A stretch of DNA of 64,000 nucleotides from Solirubrobacteraceae bacterium. Its GTDB lineage: Bacteria; Actinomycetota; Thermoleophilia; Solirubrobacterales; Solirubrobacteraceae. Shown piece after piece: positions 9,573-18,751 of this stretch. The DNA is taken from positions 14,041-78,040 of the forward strand of contig DATINL010000036.1 of assembly GCA_035474295.1 (NCBI GenBank), in the 5' to 3' direction. Under the pieces are notes generated by a model. It worked only from the letters and a program-made list of their open reading frames with translations. It had not been told where the DNA came from and ran no database searches. The stretch's first letter is position 1. Every line of letters begins with the position of its first letter. The translations under genes were made by a program, and so were the position numbers.

Positions 9573-9932
9573 TCAGGCCCCCAGTTCCTCTGAGACCGCC
9601 TGGAAGATCGCCATCTGCGCAGCCAGCGCCTCACCGGTGTAGGCGTCGACGACGCCGACATCGTCGACGATTGCCGCCGCGCGGGCGACCAGTCGCTGGA
9701 ACTCGTCGCTCGAGCGAATCTGATCCAGCGAGTCGCGCGCGCCGCGCAACAGGATGAACCCGGCGAGCTCGCCGCCGTGTGGGGCGAGCAGCACAGGCTC
9801 GAAGCTGTCGATTCGGCCGTCCTGCTGCAAGCTGCCGTAGTAGGTGAGGGTTTCCTGGAAGACCTCCAGCGCCTTGAGCTCGCGGCCCCGCACAACGGGA
9901 CCCCAACCGAGGAACAACGCGTCGCCAGCCAT
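9573..9932 (-). CDS. Conserved actinobacterial hypothetical protein
   Basis: GGAG RBS, ATG 9932; LFLGWG...GRE...FEPVLL.PHGG.L.GF sequence with normal codon bias. Confidence 0.7.
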   Translation of the reverse strand: MAGDALFLGWGPVVRGRELKALEVFQETLTYYGSLQQDGRIDSFEPVLLAPHGGELAGFILLRGARDSLDQIRSSDEFQRLVARAAAIVDDVGVVDAYTGEALAAQMAIFQAVSEELGA

Positions 9933-10090
9933 CACCGACTCCTCTCTGTCGTGTTGCCCATCGACGCTACTCCTGCACGAGACGCTCGTCGAGATGACAC
10001 CAGCCAGACCATCGAGAGACACCAAGCCAACGCAGGAGCAGTCGGCAGAGTCAACCGGCGAGGTTCGGCGGTCGGCTGCACCAGTCGGAG

Positions 10091-12823
10091 CTATTGAGAC
10101 GCGTTGAAGGCGGCGGCAAGATCCTCGCGCGAGTGGACCCCGAGCTTGGCGTACACATGCCGGAGGTGGTACTCGACGGTCTTCGGGCTCACGAAGATCG
10201 CAGCGGCGGTCTCGCGTGTGGTTTTCCCGTCGGCGAGCAGGCGCGCGATCTGCAGCTCTTGGGGCGTGAGGTCGTCGAGTGTGCTCACGTCACGCCGCCT
10301 CGCCGTCTCGCCGGTGGCCGCGAGTTCCGCGTGCGCCTGCTCAGCCCAGGGTTGCGCGCCGAGCTGCTCGAAGATCTCGACCGCGACGTGCAGCTGCTCA
10401 CGTGCGCGGATGCGCTTGCGGGCACGGCGCAGACGTGCCCCGTAGGCCAGCCGCGTGCGCGCGGCCTCGAACGCGTCTGGCGTCCGTTCATGCAATCGCA
10501 GCGCCTCCTCGAAGCAGGACTCCAGCTCCCCGGTGTCCGCCAGCAGTCCGCGGCAGCGAGCGGCGCGGGCCAGCGCCCATGGCTGACCCTTCGCGGTCGC
10601 TCGGGCCACGAACTCAGCGGCGATGATGGCGGCGTCGTTGTCGCGTCCGAGACGCAGCAGCGCGTCGACGAGCTCGGGCGCCGGGGAGAGGTCGACGTCG
10701 GCGATGCCACGTGAGCGCAGAGCATGCGCCTGGGACTGGTAATGCTCGACGGCCGCCGCCGGTGCTCCGAGCCCGAGCTCGAGATCGCCGAGCGCCTGGA
10801 TCGCCCACACGCCGAACAGACCGACGCCCAGCTCGTCGCACAGCTTTGTCGCCGCCGCCGCATGTTCGCGGCAGCGGGCCTCACGCCCCTGACGTGCCAG
10901 CAGCCACGCGAACCCGGCCAGCGCCGCGGCGAGCTCGACCCGCTGGCCGGTCTCCTCGCTCAGCCGGATCGCTTCGTCGTAGCTCGTCTCGGCGGCAGCC
11001 CACTGGTCGGTCGTCGCCTGGTCGCGCGCGAGCAGGTGCAGGAGGTAGGGCAGGGTGCTGAGCGCGGCGTGCGCGCGCACACGCTCGAACGCCCGGTCGA
11101 TCAGGGCGCGCCCGGCGTCGGCTTCGCGCAGCCACAGCGGCCCGAGCGCGGCCCAGGTGAGCAGCGCCGGGTCCTCGCGCAGCTCGTCTGAGTGCTCCAT
11201 GATCGCCACCGCTCGCCGCGCCGAGGCGGCGCCGGCCTCGCCCTGGCCGTCCGCCACCAGCGCCATGCCGTGCGCCATCGCGGCGAAGAATCGCGCGCGC
11301 TGGGAGTCGAGCCGGCTCGCCAGTGCGACGGCACGCTCGGCGGCCGCGATCATCGCCGCCGTATCCCCGGCGTAGAGGCACCCATGGACCGCCTCGGCGA
11401 GCATCACCACAGCCAGCCCTGGATCGGCACCGGCGATCCGCTCAGCCGCTCCCACGATCAGCGGAAATCCGTCCATGACCGGCCCGCGGCGCATCGCCAC
11501 CTGGCCGCGGAGGTGGTCGCTTCGCGCCGCGATCGTCGGTGCGGCGGCGTATGCCTGCGCACCGTCGAGCAGCGACAGCGTGCGCTGCGCGTCGCCCGCC
11601 AGCCACGCTGCTTCCGCCGCCGCCACCAACAGCTGATCGCGGGATTCGTCGATCGAGGAGAGGCCAGCGGCGCGCTCGAACGCCGCGGCGGCGACGGCGT
11701 ATGCGCTGCGCTCGCGCGCCCGGGCGCCCGCCTGGTCCAGCGCGTGTGACGCTTGGTCGTCCGGACCAACGCTCGCTTCCGCCAGGTGCCATGCGCGCCG
11801 GTCGAGGTCTCGGTTTCCGAGCGCCGCCGCCAGGGCCGCGTGCGCCGCGCGTCGCTCGGGCGCGGCCGCGTCGGCATACACAGCCGCACGCGCGAGCGGA
11901 TGAGTGAACTCCAGCTCACCGGCGCCGAGCGTGACGAGGCCTGCCTGCTCCGCCGCCGCGAGCTCGTCGAGCTTCAGTCCGATGTGCGCGGCGGCGCGTG
12001 CGAGCACGGCTACGCCGCACGCGTCGCTCGCGGCGACGAGCACGAGCACACGGCGCGTCGGCTCAGGCAGGTCACCGAAGCGGCGCAGGAAGGCCGTCGC
12101 GATGCTTGTCGAGATCGGCACCGGGGCAGCGCTCGCCTGGGATGCGAGCCCAGCGGCTTCGGGCGCGAGCTCGAGCAGCGCGAGCGGGTTGCCGGCAGTG
12201 GCGCGATACAGGCGTTCACGCACGTCGTCTGGAATGCCCTCCCGGAGGAGCAGCTCGGCCGCATCGGAGCGGTTGAGGCCTGACAAGCGGAGTGTCCGCA
12301 GGTCGGCGCCGTCCAGCAGCGATGGTTGACCCTCGCGTACGGTCATCACGAGCGCGATCGGATCCGCGAGCAGCCGTCGCGCGGCGAACAGAAGCGTCTC
12401 CGCGCTCGAGCGATCGAGCCAGTGCGCGTCATCGACGAGCAGCACGAGCGGACCCTCCTCTGCGCTCGCGGACAGCAGGCTGAGCGTCGCGGCGCCGATC
12501 GCGAAGCGGTCCCGAGCGCCTGCCGGGCCGAGGGCGAGCGCGCCGGCGAGCGCCGTCGCCTGCGGCGCCGGGATCCGGTCCAACGCGCTCAGCGCCGGGC
12601 CTAGCAGCTCGGCCAGCCCCGCAAACGGGATCACCGCCTCGGACTCGATCCCCCGGGATCGCAGCACGCGCATCCCGTCCGCGCTCGCGGCCGCGTGCTC
12701 GAGCAGCGCGGTCTTCCCGATTCCCGGCTCGCCGACGAGCGCGAGCACTCCGCTGCGGCCGGCCCGTGCCTGCGCGAGCAGCCGATCGAGCGCCAGCCGC
12801 TCGTCTTTGCGGCCAAGCAACAT
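10091..12823 (-). CDS. Large ATP-binding LuxR-family regulator (AAA ATPase + LuxR HTH)
   Basis: GEPGIGKT Walker A, LLVDDAHWLD Walker B, TAGNPLAL, C-terminal LTPQELQIARLLADGKTTRETAAAIFVSPKTVEYHL. Confidence 0.93.
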   Translation of the reverse strand: MLLGRKDERLALDRLLAQARAGRSGVLALVGEPGIGKTALLEHAAASADGMRVLRSRGIESEAVIPFAGLAELLGPALSALDRIPAPQATALAGALALGPAGARDRFAIGAATLSLLSASAEEGPLVLLVDDAHWLDRSSAETLLFAARRLLADPIALVMTVREGQPSLLDGADLRTLRLSGLNRSDAAELLLREGIPDDVRERLYRATAGNPLALLELAPEAAGLASQASAAPVPISTSIATAFLRRFGDLPEPTRRVLVLVAASDACGVAVLARAAAHIGLKLDELAAAEQAGLVTLGAGELEFTHPLARAAVYADAAAPERRAAHAALAAALGNRDLDRRAWHLAEASVGPDDQASHALDQAGARARERSAYAVAAAAFERAAGLSSIDESRDQLLVAAAEAAWLAGDAQRTLSLLDGAQAYAAAPTIAARSDHLRGQVAMRRGPVMDGFPLIVGAAERIAGADPGLAVVMLAEAVHGCLYAGDTAAMIAAAERAVALASRLDSQRARFFAAMAHGMALVADGQGEAGAASARRAVAIMEHSDELREDPALLTWAALGPLWLREADAGRALIDRAFERVRAHAALSTLPYLLHLLARDQATTDQWAAAETSYDEAIRLSEETGQRVELAAALAGFAWLLARQGREARCREHAAAATKLCDELGVGLFGVWAIQALGDLELGLGAPAAAVEHYQSQAHALRSRGIADVDLSPAPELVDALLRLGRDNDAAIIAAEFVARATAKGQPWALARAARCRGLLADTGELESCFEEALRLHERTPDAFEAARTRLAYGARLRRARKRIRAREQLHVAVEIFEQLGAQPWAEQAHAELAATGETARRRDVSTLDDLTPQELQIARLLADGKTTRETAAAIFVSPKTVEYHLRHVYAKLGVHSREDLAAAFNASQ

Positions 12824-12849
12824 CAGCCGATTCTGACGAGTAACCACCA

Positions 12850-12905
12850 CTGATGCGACCACGCCCGGGTTTCCGAACGACTAGGTGGCCCCCTGATGCG
12901 ATCCA
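12850..12905. promoter_or_regulatory. Direct repeat CTGATGCGA (12850-12858, 12893-12901), candidate operator in divergent promoter
   Basis: Two exact 9-mers 43 bp apart, each followed by (T)CCAC, between the LuxR gene and the methyltransferase. Confidence 0.5.
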
Positions 12906-12953
12906 CGGCGGCGCGGAGCTACGGTCGCCCCAATCGATCCAAGGAGACCCGTG

Positions 12954-14033
12954 ATGGCAACCGCCGAAGAGCCCGTCGAGCTCGACCCTCAGAAGCTCGA
13001 GCAGTTCGTGTTCCGCGCAGTCGAAGAGGTCGGGGCGACCCTCAACGCCGCGCTGGTCGTGATGGGCGACAAGCTCGGGCTCTATCGCGCGCTCGCCGGT
13101 GCGGGCGCGATCACGCCGGTCGAGCTCGCACGGCGCACGGGCGTCAGCGAGCGGTACATCCGCGAATGGCTGAACGCACAGGCGGCCGGCGGATTCGTGG
13201 AGTACGACCCGATCGGCGGCGGCTACACGCTCGCGCCCGAGCAGACGGTCGCGCTGACCGACGATACGAGCCCGGCGTATCTACCCGGTTTCTTTCAGAT
13301 CGCCCTCGGCGCCGTGATCGACTCGCCGCGCATCACGGAGGCTGCGCGCAGCGGCGCGGGCGTCGGTTGGCACGAGCACAACCACGACGTGTTCGAGGGC
13401 TGCGAGCGGTTCTTCCGGCCCGGGTACAACGCGAGCCTCGTGCCGGCGTGGCTGCCGGCGCTGGACGGTGTGGTCGAGAAGCTGCACGCCGGAGCCAAGG
13501 TCGCGGACATCGGCTGCGGACATGGCTCGTCGACGATTCTGATGGCGCAGGCGTTCCCGAGCTCGGAGTTCGTCGGATCCGACTATCACGCGGGCTCGAT
13601 CGAGACGGCGCGTGAGCGGGCACAAGCGGCGGGCGTGTCAGAGCGCGTGCGCTTCGAGACCACGCTGGCTTCCTCCGCCCCGGGCGAGGGGTACGACCTC
13701 GTGACGATGTTCGACTGCCTGCACGACATGGGCGACCCGGTCGGGGCGTCGCGGCAGGTGCGCGAGATCCTCGCGCCCGACGGAACCTGGATGATCGTCG
13801 AGCCGATGGCGGGAGACCGCGTCGAGGACAACCTCAACCCCGTCGGTCGCGCGTTCTACGGCTTCTCGACGTTTCTCTGCACGCCGGCGTCGCTGTCGCA
13901 GGAGGTCGGGCTCGCGCTCGGCGCACAGGCCGGCGAGGCGAGAATCGGGGACGTCGTCTCAGCGGGCGGGTTCACCCGCTTCCGGCGCGCCGCGGAAACC
14001 CCTTTCAACCTCGTGTTCGAAGCACGTCCGTGA
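12954..14033 (+). CDS. Class I SAM-dependent methyltransferase with N-terminal wHTH (Rv2258c-like)
   Basis: GDKLGLYRAL, ERYIREWL, ADIGCGHG motif I, FDCLHDMGDP. Confidence 0.9.
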   Translation: MATAEEPVELDPQKLEQFVFRAVEEVGATLNAALVVMGDKLGLYRALAGAGAITPVELARRTGVSERYIREWLNAQAAGGFVEYDPIGGGYTLAPEQTVALTDDTSPAYLPGFFQIALGAVIDSPRITEAARSGAGVGWHEHNHDVFEGCERFFRPGYNASLVPAWLPALDGVVEKLHAGAKVADIGCGHGSSTILMAQAFPSSEFVGSDYHAGSIETARERAQAAGVSERVRFETTLASSAPGEGYDLVTMFDCLHDMGDPVGASRQVREILAPDGTWMIVEPMAGDRVEDNLNPVGRAFYGFSTFLCTPASLSQEVGLALGAQAGEARIGDVVSAGGFTRFRRAAETPFNLVFEARP

Positions 14034-14061
14034 GCTCTACGATCGACCGAGGAGCGAACAC

Positions 14062-16263
14062 ATGAACACGATCACGGAAACCGCGGCAGCCCACGGGCCG
14101 CCCACAGGATCGATCGGCCGCGACGGCGAGCAGAGCCGCGCGCGCTACCCCGACAGCGAAGGCTTCGCCGAGCGTGACGGTCAGCGGCTGTTCTACGAGA
14201 TCTACGGCGCAGGCGAGCAGACGGTCTTCCTGATGCCGACCTGGTCGCTGGTGCACTCCCGCCACTGGAAGATGCAGATCGCGTACTTCGCGCGCCATTT
14301 CCGGGTGCTGACGATGGACGGGCTTGGCAACGGGCGCTCGGACCGCTGCCGCGAGCGGCGGCGCTACGCCCCCACGGAGTTCGCGCGCGACTGCCTCGCG
14401 GTGATGGATGCAAGCGGGACCGAGCGGGCGGTGACGGTGAGCCTCTCCACCGGCGCGCAGTACCAGCTCGAGCTGGCACGGCTGGCGCCCGAGCGGGTGG
14501 CCGGCGCGGCGTTCGTCGGCCCGCTGTTCACCTATACGCCGACGCACAACACGGTGCTGACACACCCGCTGGCGCAGCACCTCGCAAAAGCCTCCGCGCT
14601 GGCGCCGCCGTTCTGGTGGACGCACATGAGCGCGGCCCACTGGCACCGGGACTACCAGGCGTGTGCGGAGTGGTTCATCGCGCGCTGCCTGCCGGAGGCG
14701 CACTCGACCAAGGCCATCGAGGACGGGGTGGGATGGGCCCAGGACACCGACCCCCAGACGCTGATCACCACGCTGGCGCACGGTGAGTTCCTGCGCGGCC
14801 GGCGCACCCTGCGCGGGCTGGCCCGCAACCTGGACTGCCCGGTGCTCGTGGTTTCCGGCGACCGCGACAAGATCACACCGCCGCGCGACGCGCGCGCGCT
14901 CGCGCGTCTCAGCGCAGGCAAGCTCGAAGTCGTGCGCGGCGCCGGACACTTCACGCACGCGCGCAAGCCGGTGCAGGTCAACCTGGCGCTGCGCGACTTC
15001 GCGGAGGATGCGTTCGGGCGCCGGCGCACGCCGCGGGATCCCACCGTGTACCGACCCGATGGCCGTCCGCGCGCGCTGTTCGTCTCCTCACCGATCGGGC
15101 TCGGCCACGCGCAGCGCGACGTGGCGATCGCTCGCGAGCTGCGCGAGCTGCATCCGGACCTGCAGATCGACTGGCTGGCGCAGGACCCGGTGACCAGGAT
15201 GCTCGAGACGGAGGGCGAGCGGATCCATCCCGCGAGCGCTCATCTGGCCAATGAGTCTCGCCACTTCGAGTCGGAGTCCGCCGAGCACGACCTGCACTGC
15301 TTCCATGCGCTGCGGCGCATGGATGAGATCTTCGCGGCCAACTTCATGCTGTTCCACGACGTCGTGCGCGAGCAGCGCTATGACCTCTGGATCGGAGACG
15401 AGGCGTGGGAGCTCGACTACTACCTGCACGAGAACCCGCGCGAGAAGCGCGTTCCGTTCGCGTGGCTGACCGATTTCGTCGGGTTCCTGCCGATGCACGA
15501 CGGGGACGAGCGCGAGAGCTTCCTGACGGCCGACCACAACGCCGACATGGTCGACCACGTCGCCGAGCACCCGGAGGTCCGCGACCTGGCGCTGTTCGTC
15601 GGCAACCCCGAGGACATCGTGCCGGAGCGGCTCGGGCCGCAGCTGCCGATGATCCGCGACTGGACCGAGCGCAACTTCGACTTCACCGGCTACGTCACCG
15701 GTTTCGACCCAGCAGATCTCGGCGAGCGCACGAAGCTGCGCGCGGAGCTGGGGTACGGCGACGACGAGCGCGTGTGCATCGTCACCGTCGGCGGGTCGGG
15801 CGTGGGCGGCAGCCTGCTACGGCGGGTGATCGCGGCGTTCCCGCAGGCCAAGGAGCGCATCCCCGATCTGCGCATGATCGTCGTCGCGGGCCCGCGCATC
15901 GATCCCGCGTCACTCCCCTCCCATCCTGGGCTCGAGGTGGTGCCTTACGTGCACAACCTCTATCGGCACCTGGCCGCGTGCGACCTGGCGGTGGTGCAGG
16001 GCGGCCTGACCACGTCGATGGAGCTGACGGCGCAGAAGCGGCCGTTCCTGTATTTCCCGCTGAGCCATCACTTCGAGCAGAACTTCCACGTTCGCCACCG
16101 GCTCGAGCGCTATGGAGCGGGTCGCCGCATGGACTACGACGACTCCCCGCCCGAGCAGATCGCGGCGGCGATCGCACAGGAGATCGGCCGGCAGGTCGAC
16201 TACCGCGACGTCGAGGTCGACGGCGCCGCGCGCGCAGCGCGACGCATCGCCGAACTGCTCTGA
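14062..16263 (+). CDS. Alpha/beta hydrolase fused to GT-B glycosyltransferase (family 28 C-terminal-like)
   Basis: Hydrolase elements DGLGNGRSD, SLSTG elbow, GDRD, GHFTH; GT elements SSPIGLGHAQRD, VTVGGSGVG, VQGGLTTSME, FEQNFH. Confidence 0.85.
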   Translation: MNTITETAAAHGPPTGSIGRDGEQSRARYPDSEGFAERDGQRLFYEIYGAGEQTVFLMPTWSLVHSRHWKMQIAYFARHFRVLTMDGLGNGRSDRCRERRRYAPTEFARDCLAVMDASGTERAVTVSLSTGAQYQLELARLAPERVAGAAFVGPLFTYTPTHNTVLTHPLAQHLAKASALAPPFWWTHMSAAHWHRDYQACAEWFIARCLPEAHSTKAIEDGVGWAQDTDPQTLITTLAHGEFLRGRRTLRGLARNLDCPVLVVSGDRDKITPPRDARALARLSAGKLEVVRGAGHFTHARKPVQVNLALRDFAEDAFGRRRTPRDPTVYRPDGRPRALFVSSPIGLGHAQRDVAIARELRELHPDLQIDWLAQDPVTRMLETEGERIHPASAHLANESRHFESESAEHDLHCFHALRRMDEIFAANFMLFHDVVREQRYDLWIGDEAWELDYYLHENPREKRVPFAWLTDFVGFLPMHDGDERESFLTADHNADMVDHVAEHPEVRDLALFVGNPEDIVPERLGPQLPMIRDWTERNFDFTGYVTGFDPADLGERTKLRAELGYGDDERVCIVTVGGSGVGGSLLRRVIAAFPQAKERIPDLRMIVVAGPRIDPASLPSHPGLEVVPYVHNLYRHLAACDLAVVQGGLTTSMELTAQKRPFLYFPLSHHFEQNFHVRHRLERYGAGRRMDYDDSPPEQIAAAIAQEIGRQVDYRDVEVDGAARAARRIAELL

Positions 16264-16267
16264 AGAC

Positions 16268-16295
16268 TTGACTTACGGCGAGTTACGCATATAAC
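16268..16295 (+). promoter_or_regulatory. Candidate sigma70-type promoter TTGACT-N16-TATAAC
   Basis: Near-consensus hexamers in an AT-rich gap upstream of the DUF4242 gene; CTTGAC...GTCAAG inverted repeat nearby. Confidence 0.45.
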
Positions 16296-16327
16296 TGTTT
16301 TGCTGCCTGTCAAGACTGGAGGATATC

Positions 16328-16624
16328 GTGGATACATACGTGATCTTGAGGCGTGGCGCGTGGGGGTCCGGGGAGGAGCTGGGCGCTGCGGCCGGCCGCT
16401 CGACGAAAGTCGGGGACGAGGAGATGTCTGACGACATCCGCTGGATCCGCAGCTACGTGCTCAACGAGCCCGATGGAAGGGTGGGCACCGTGTGTGTCTA
16501 CCAGGCGAGCAGTCCCGAGGCGATTCGCGAGCACGCGGCGCGCGCGGACCTGGCGGTCGACGAGATCATTCCGGTCGCGGATACGGTGATCGTCCGAGCG
16601 GACCCACCGGCGGCGGCCGCGTAG
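16328..16624 (+). CDS. DUF4242 (SCO4226-like) domain protein
   Basis: IRWIRSYV, GTVCVYQASSPEAIREHAARADL..DEI; GGAGG RBS. Confidence 0.82.
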   Translation: MDTYVILRRGAWGSGEELGAAAGRSTKVGDEEMSDDIRWIRSYVLNEPDGRVGTVCVYQASSPEAIREHAARADLAVDEIIPVADTVIVRADPPAAAA

Positions 16625-16776
16625 ACACATCCAGATAGCCGGCTCAGTCAAGCGCGCCGGCCGGCGCGCCGATAGCCCCCGCTACAGGAATCTGGCTGGA
16701 GATCGACAACTATCCTCGCAGCACCGCGAGGTCTGCGACGCTGCGGCAGGCGACGGTCGATTGTGGGAGGCGGGAG

Positions 16777-17055
16777 ATGGCAGTGAGCCTGGAGACGATC
16801 TTCGCGCGCGTGCGGCGTGTGCCGCCCGGGTATGTGACAACGTACGGGGACCTCTCTCCGGGTGCTCCACGCCACGCGGGACGAGCGCTCTCGCAGATGC
16901 CGGCTGATATCCCGTGGTGGCGCGTGGTGCGCAGCGACGGCAGCTGGCCCAAGGGAGCGGAGCAGCGCGCGCGACTGCTCGAAGAGGATGTGCCGATCCG
17001 TGGTCAGCGCGTCGTCATGGACGAAGCACGGATACCGCCCGAGGCAATCACGTGA
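16777..17055 (+). CDS. atl: Alkyltransferase-like protein (ATL, MGMT family without catalytic Cys)
   Basis: VPPGYVTTYGDL, PRHAGRAL, PWWRVV (Trp in place of the PCHRV Cys). Confidence 0.85.
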   Translation: MAVSLETIFARVRRVPPGYVTTYGDLSPGAPRHAGRALSQMPADIPWWRVVRSDGSWPKGAEQRARLLEEDVPIRGQRVVMDEARIPPEAIT

Positions 17056-17738
17056 ACCGCGCTGACACGGTCAACGATCCAGCGGGCGAACATCAGCTCG
17101 CGCGAGCGCACCTGCTCGGTATCGACGACACGATCTCGACGCTGGTGGTGGAGCAGGGGGCGATCGAGTTCTACCTGCCGACGATGGCGGTCGAGCTGCC
17201 CGACCTGATGAGCGGCATGACGCTTCACATCATCGGCCAGCTGATCAGCCGGTTCGCGGCGATCGCGGTGTTCACGCGGCTGAAGAGCTCTCTCGGCGGC
17301 ACGATCGACCCAGCGCGGCTCGCGGAGAGCTCCGAGGAGGAGCTGCGCGCAGTCGGGCTCTCCTACGCCAAGGCGCGGGCGCTGCGCGAGCTCGGCGCGC
17401 GAGTCCTATCGGGCGAGCTGGATTTCGACGCGCTGCGCGAGCTGAGCGACGAGCAGATAATGGAGCGGCTGGTCGAGCTGCGCGGCGTCGGACCCTGGTC
17501 GGCGCAGGTGTTCATGCTGCGCGATCTGCGCCGTATCGACGTGTTCCCAGCCGGCGACATCGGGTTGCGCAAGGCGATCGCGGCGCTCGACGGGCTGCCG
17601 GCCACCCCGTCGGCGGATGACGCCGCGCAGCGGGCGCTGGCGTGGCGACCGTACCGCTCCTATGCAGCCGGCTATCTGTGGCGATCCTACGCCGCGACTC
17701 GCGCAGCGCGCATCACGCGAACAGCGCCTGTTGGGTGA
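17052..17738 (+). CDS. alkA: DNA-3-methyladenine glycosylase II family (HhH-GPD)
   Basis: IIGQLIS, GLSYAKAR, LRGVGPWSA HhH, FPAGDIG, WRPYRSYAA; GTG overlaps upstream stop. Confidence 0.88.
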   Translation: MNRADTVNDPAGEHQLARAHLLGIDDTISTLVVEQGAIEFYLPTMAVELPDLMSGMTLHIIGQLISRFAAIAVFTRLKSSLGGTIDPARLAESSEEELRAVGLSYAKARALRELGARVLSGELDFDALRELSDEQIMERLVELRGVGPWSAQVFMLRDLRRIDVFPAGDIGLRKAIAALDGLPATPSADDAAQRALAWRPYRSYAAGYLWRSYAATRAARITRTAPVG

Positions 17739-18279
17739 ATCCGGGCGCGCGCTCGATCTCGAGCATCCGTCGCTTCGTGGTGATACCGCCCGGCGCGGAG
17801 AATCCGTGCAGAGCACCGGTGGCCGCGAGCACGCGATGGCAGGGGACGATGATCGGGAACGGGTTCGCCCCGAGCGCGGCTCCGACGGCGCGGGCCGCGC
17901 CGGGCTCGCCGATAGCCGCCGCGACCTCGCCATAGCTGACGGTGGTACCAGGCGCGATCTCACGCGCCGCGGCATAGACGCGCAGGCGAAAGGGGTCGAC
18001 GGCGCGCTCATCGAGCACGACCGCGCGCAGATCGCGTCGCTCGCCGGCGAGCAGCGCGACGATGCCTGCGATCGCCTCCCGCACCGGCGCCGGTGCCGGC
18101 GCAGCGCTTGGATCCGTGCGTGATTCACCACCGCGCGTCCGAGCTGGCGGCAGCAGCACCTCGGTGATCCCATGTGCGCTCCATCGCACGCCGCACGTCC
18201 CGAGCGCGGTGTCGAAGGCAGCGAACCCGTCGATGAGGCCTGCGTGGCCCAAATCGGCTGGCAAGGTCAGCTCACTCAA
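17713..18279 (-). CDS. ogt: Methylated-DNA--protein-cysteine methyltransferase
   Basis: SYGEVA, ARAVGAALGANP, IIVPCHRV active site, KRRMLEIE. Confidence 0.92.
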   Translation of the reverse strand: MSELTLPADLGHAGLIDGFAAFDTALGTCGVRWSAHGITEVLLPPARTRGGESRTDPSAAPAPAPVREAIAGIVALLAGERRDLRAVVLDERAVDPFRLRVYAAAREIAPGTTVSYGEVAAAIGEPGAARAVGAALGANPFPIIVPCHRVLAATGALHGFSAPGGITTKRRMLEIERAPGFTQQALFA

Positions 18280-18701
18280 TCGGTGTTCGTGGGCGTCAAG
18301 ACGATCACCGGGATGACGCGGTCGCTCTTCTGCTCATACTCGGCGAACTGCGGGAAGCTGTCTGCCTGCGTGCGGTAGAGGCGCTCGCGCTCCTCGCCGG
18401 ATGCCTCGCTGGCAACCGCATCGATCGTGTCGGCGCCGACTTCGATGCTGACGTGAGGCTGGGCTTTGACGTTGCGATACCAGTCGGGATTCGTCGGCGC
18501 TCCGCCCTTCGAAGCGAATACGACGTAGCGCCCGTCGTCGCTCTGGTAGGCGAGCGGGTTGATGCGGCTCTTGCCGGATTTCGCACCGGTGTGGTGCAGC
18601 AACAGCAGCGGCATGCCCTCGAACATGCCACCGACGCGTCCTTCGTTGGCGTGAAACTCAGCGATTATCTGCGCGTTGAAGTCTGCGGGCGACGTGGACA
18701 T
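18276..18701 (-). CDS. Deazaflavin (F420)-dependent nitroreductase family protein
   Basis: FNAQIIAEFHANEG, LLLHHTGAKSG, ASKGGAPTNPDWYRN, RVIPVIVL. Confidence 0.9.
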   Translation of the reverse strand: MSTSPADFNAQIIAEFHANEGRVGGMFEGMPLLLLHHTGAKSGKSRINPLAYQSDDGRYVVFASKGGAPTNPDWYRNVKAQPHVSIEVGADTIDAVASEASGEERERLYRTQADSFPQFAEYEQKSDRVIPVIVLTPTNTD

Positions 18702-18751
18702 CGGTGCTCCTCGGGATGTGTGTACAGAACGCTGACTCAGTCTAGGAGCAG

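Noticed and set aside
16652-16669. Perfect GC palindrome GCGCGCCGGCCGGCGCGC as a terminator
   Set aside because: No loop or U-tract, and such palindromes are common at this GC content
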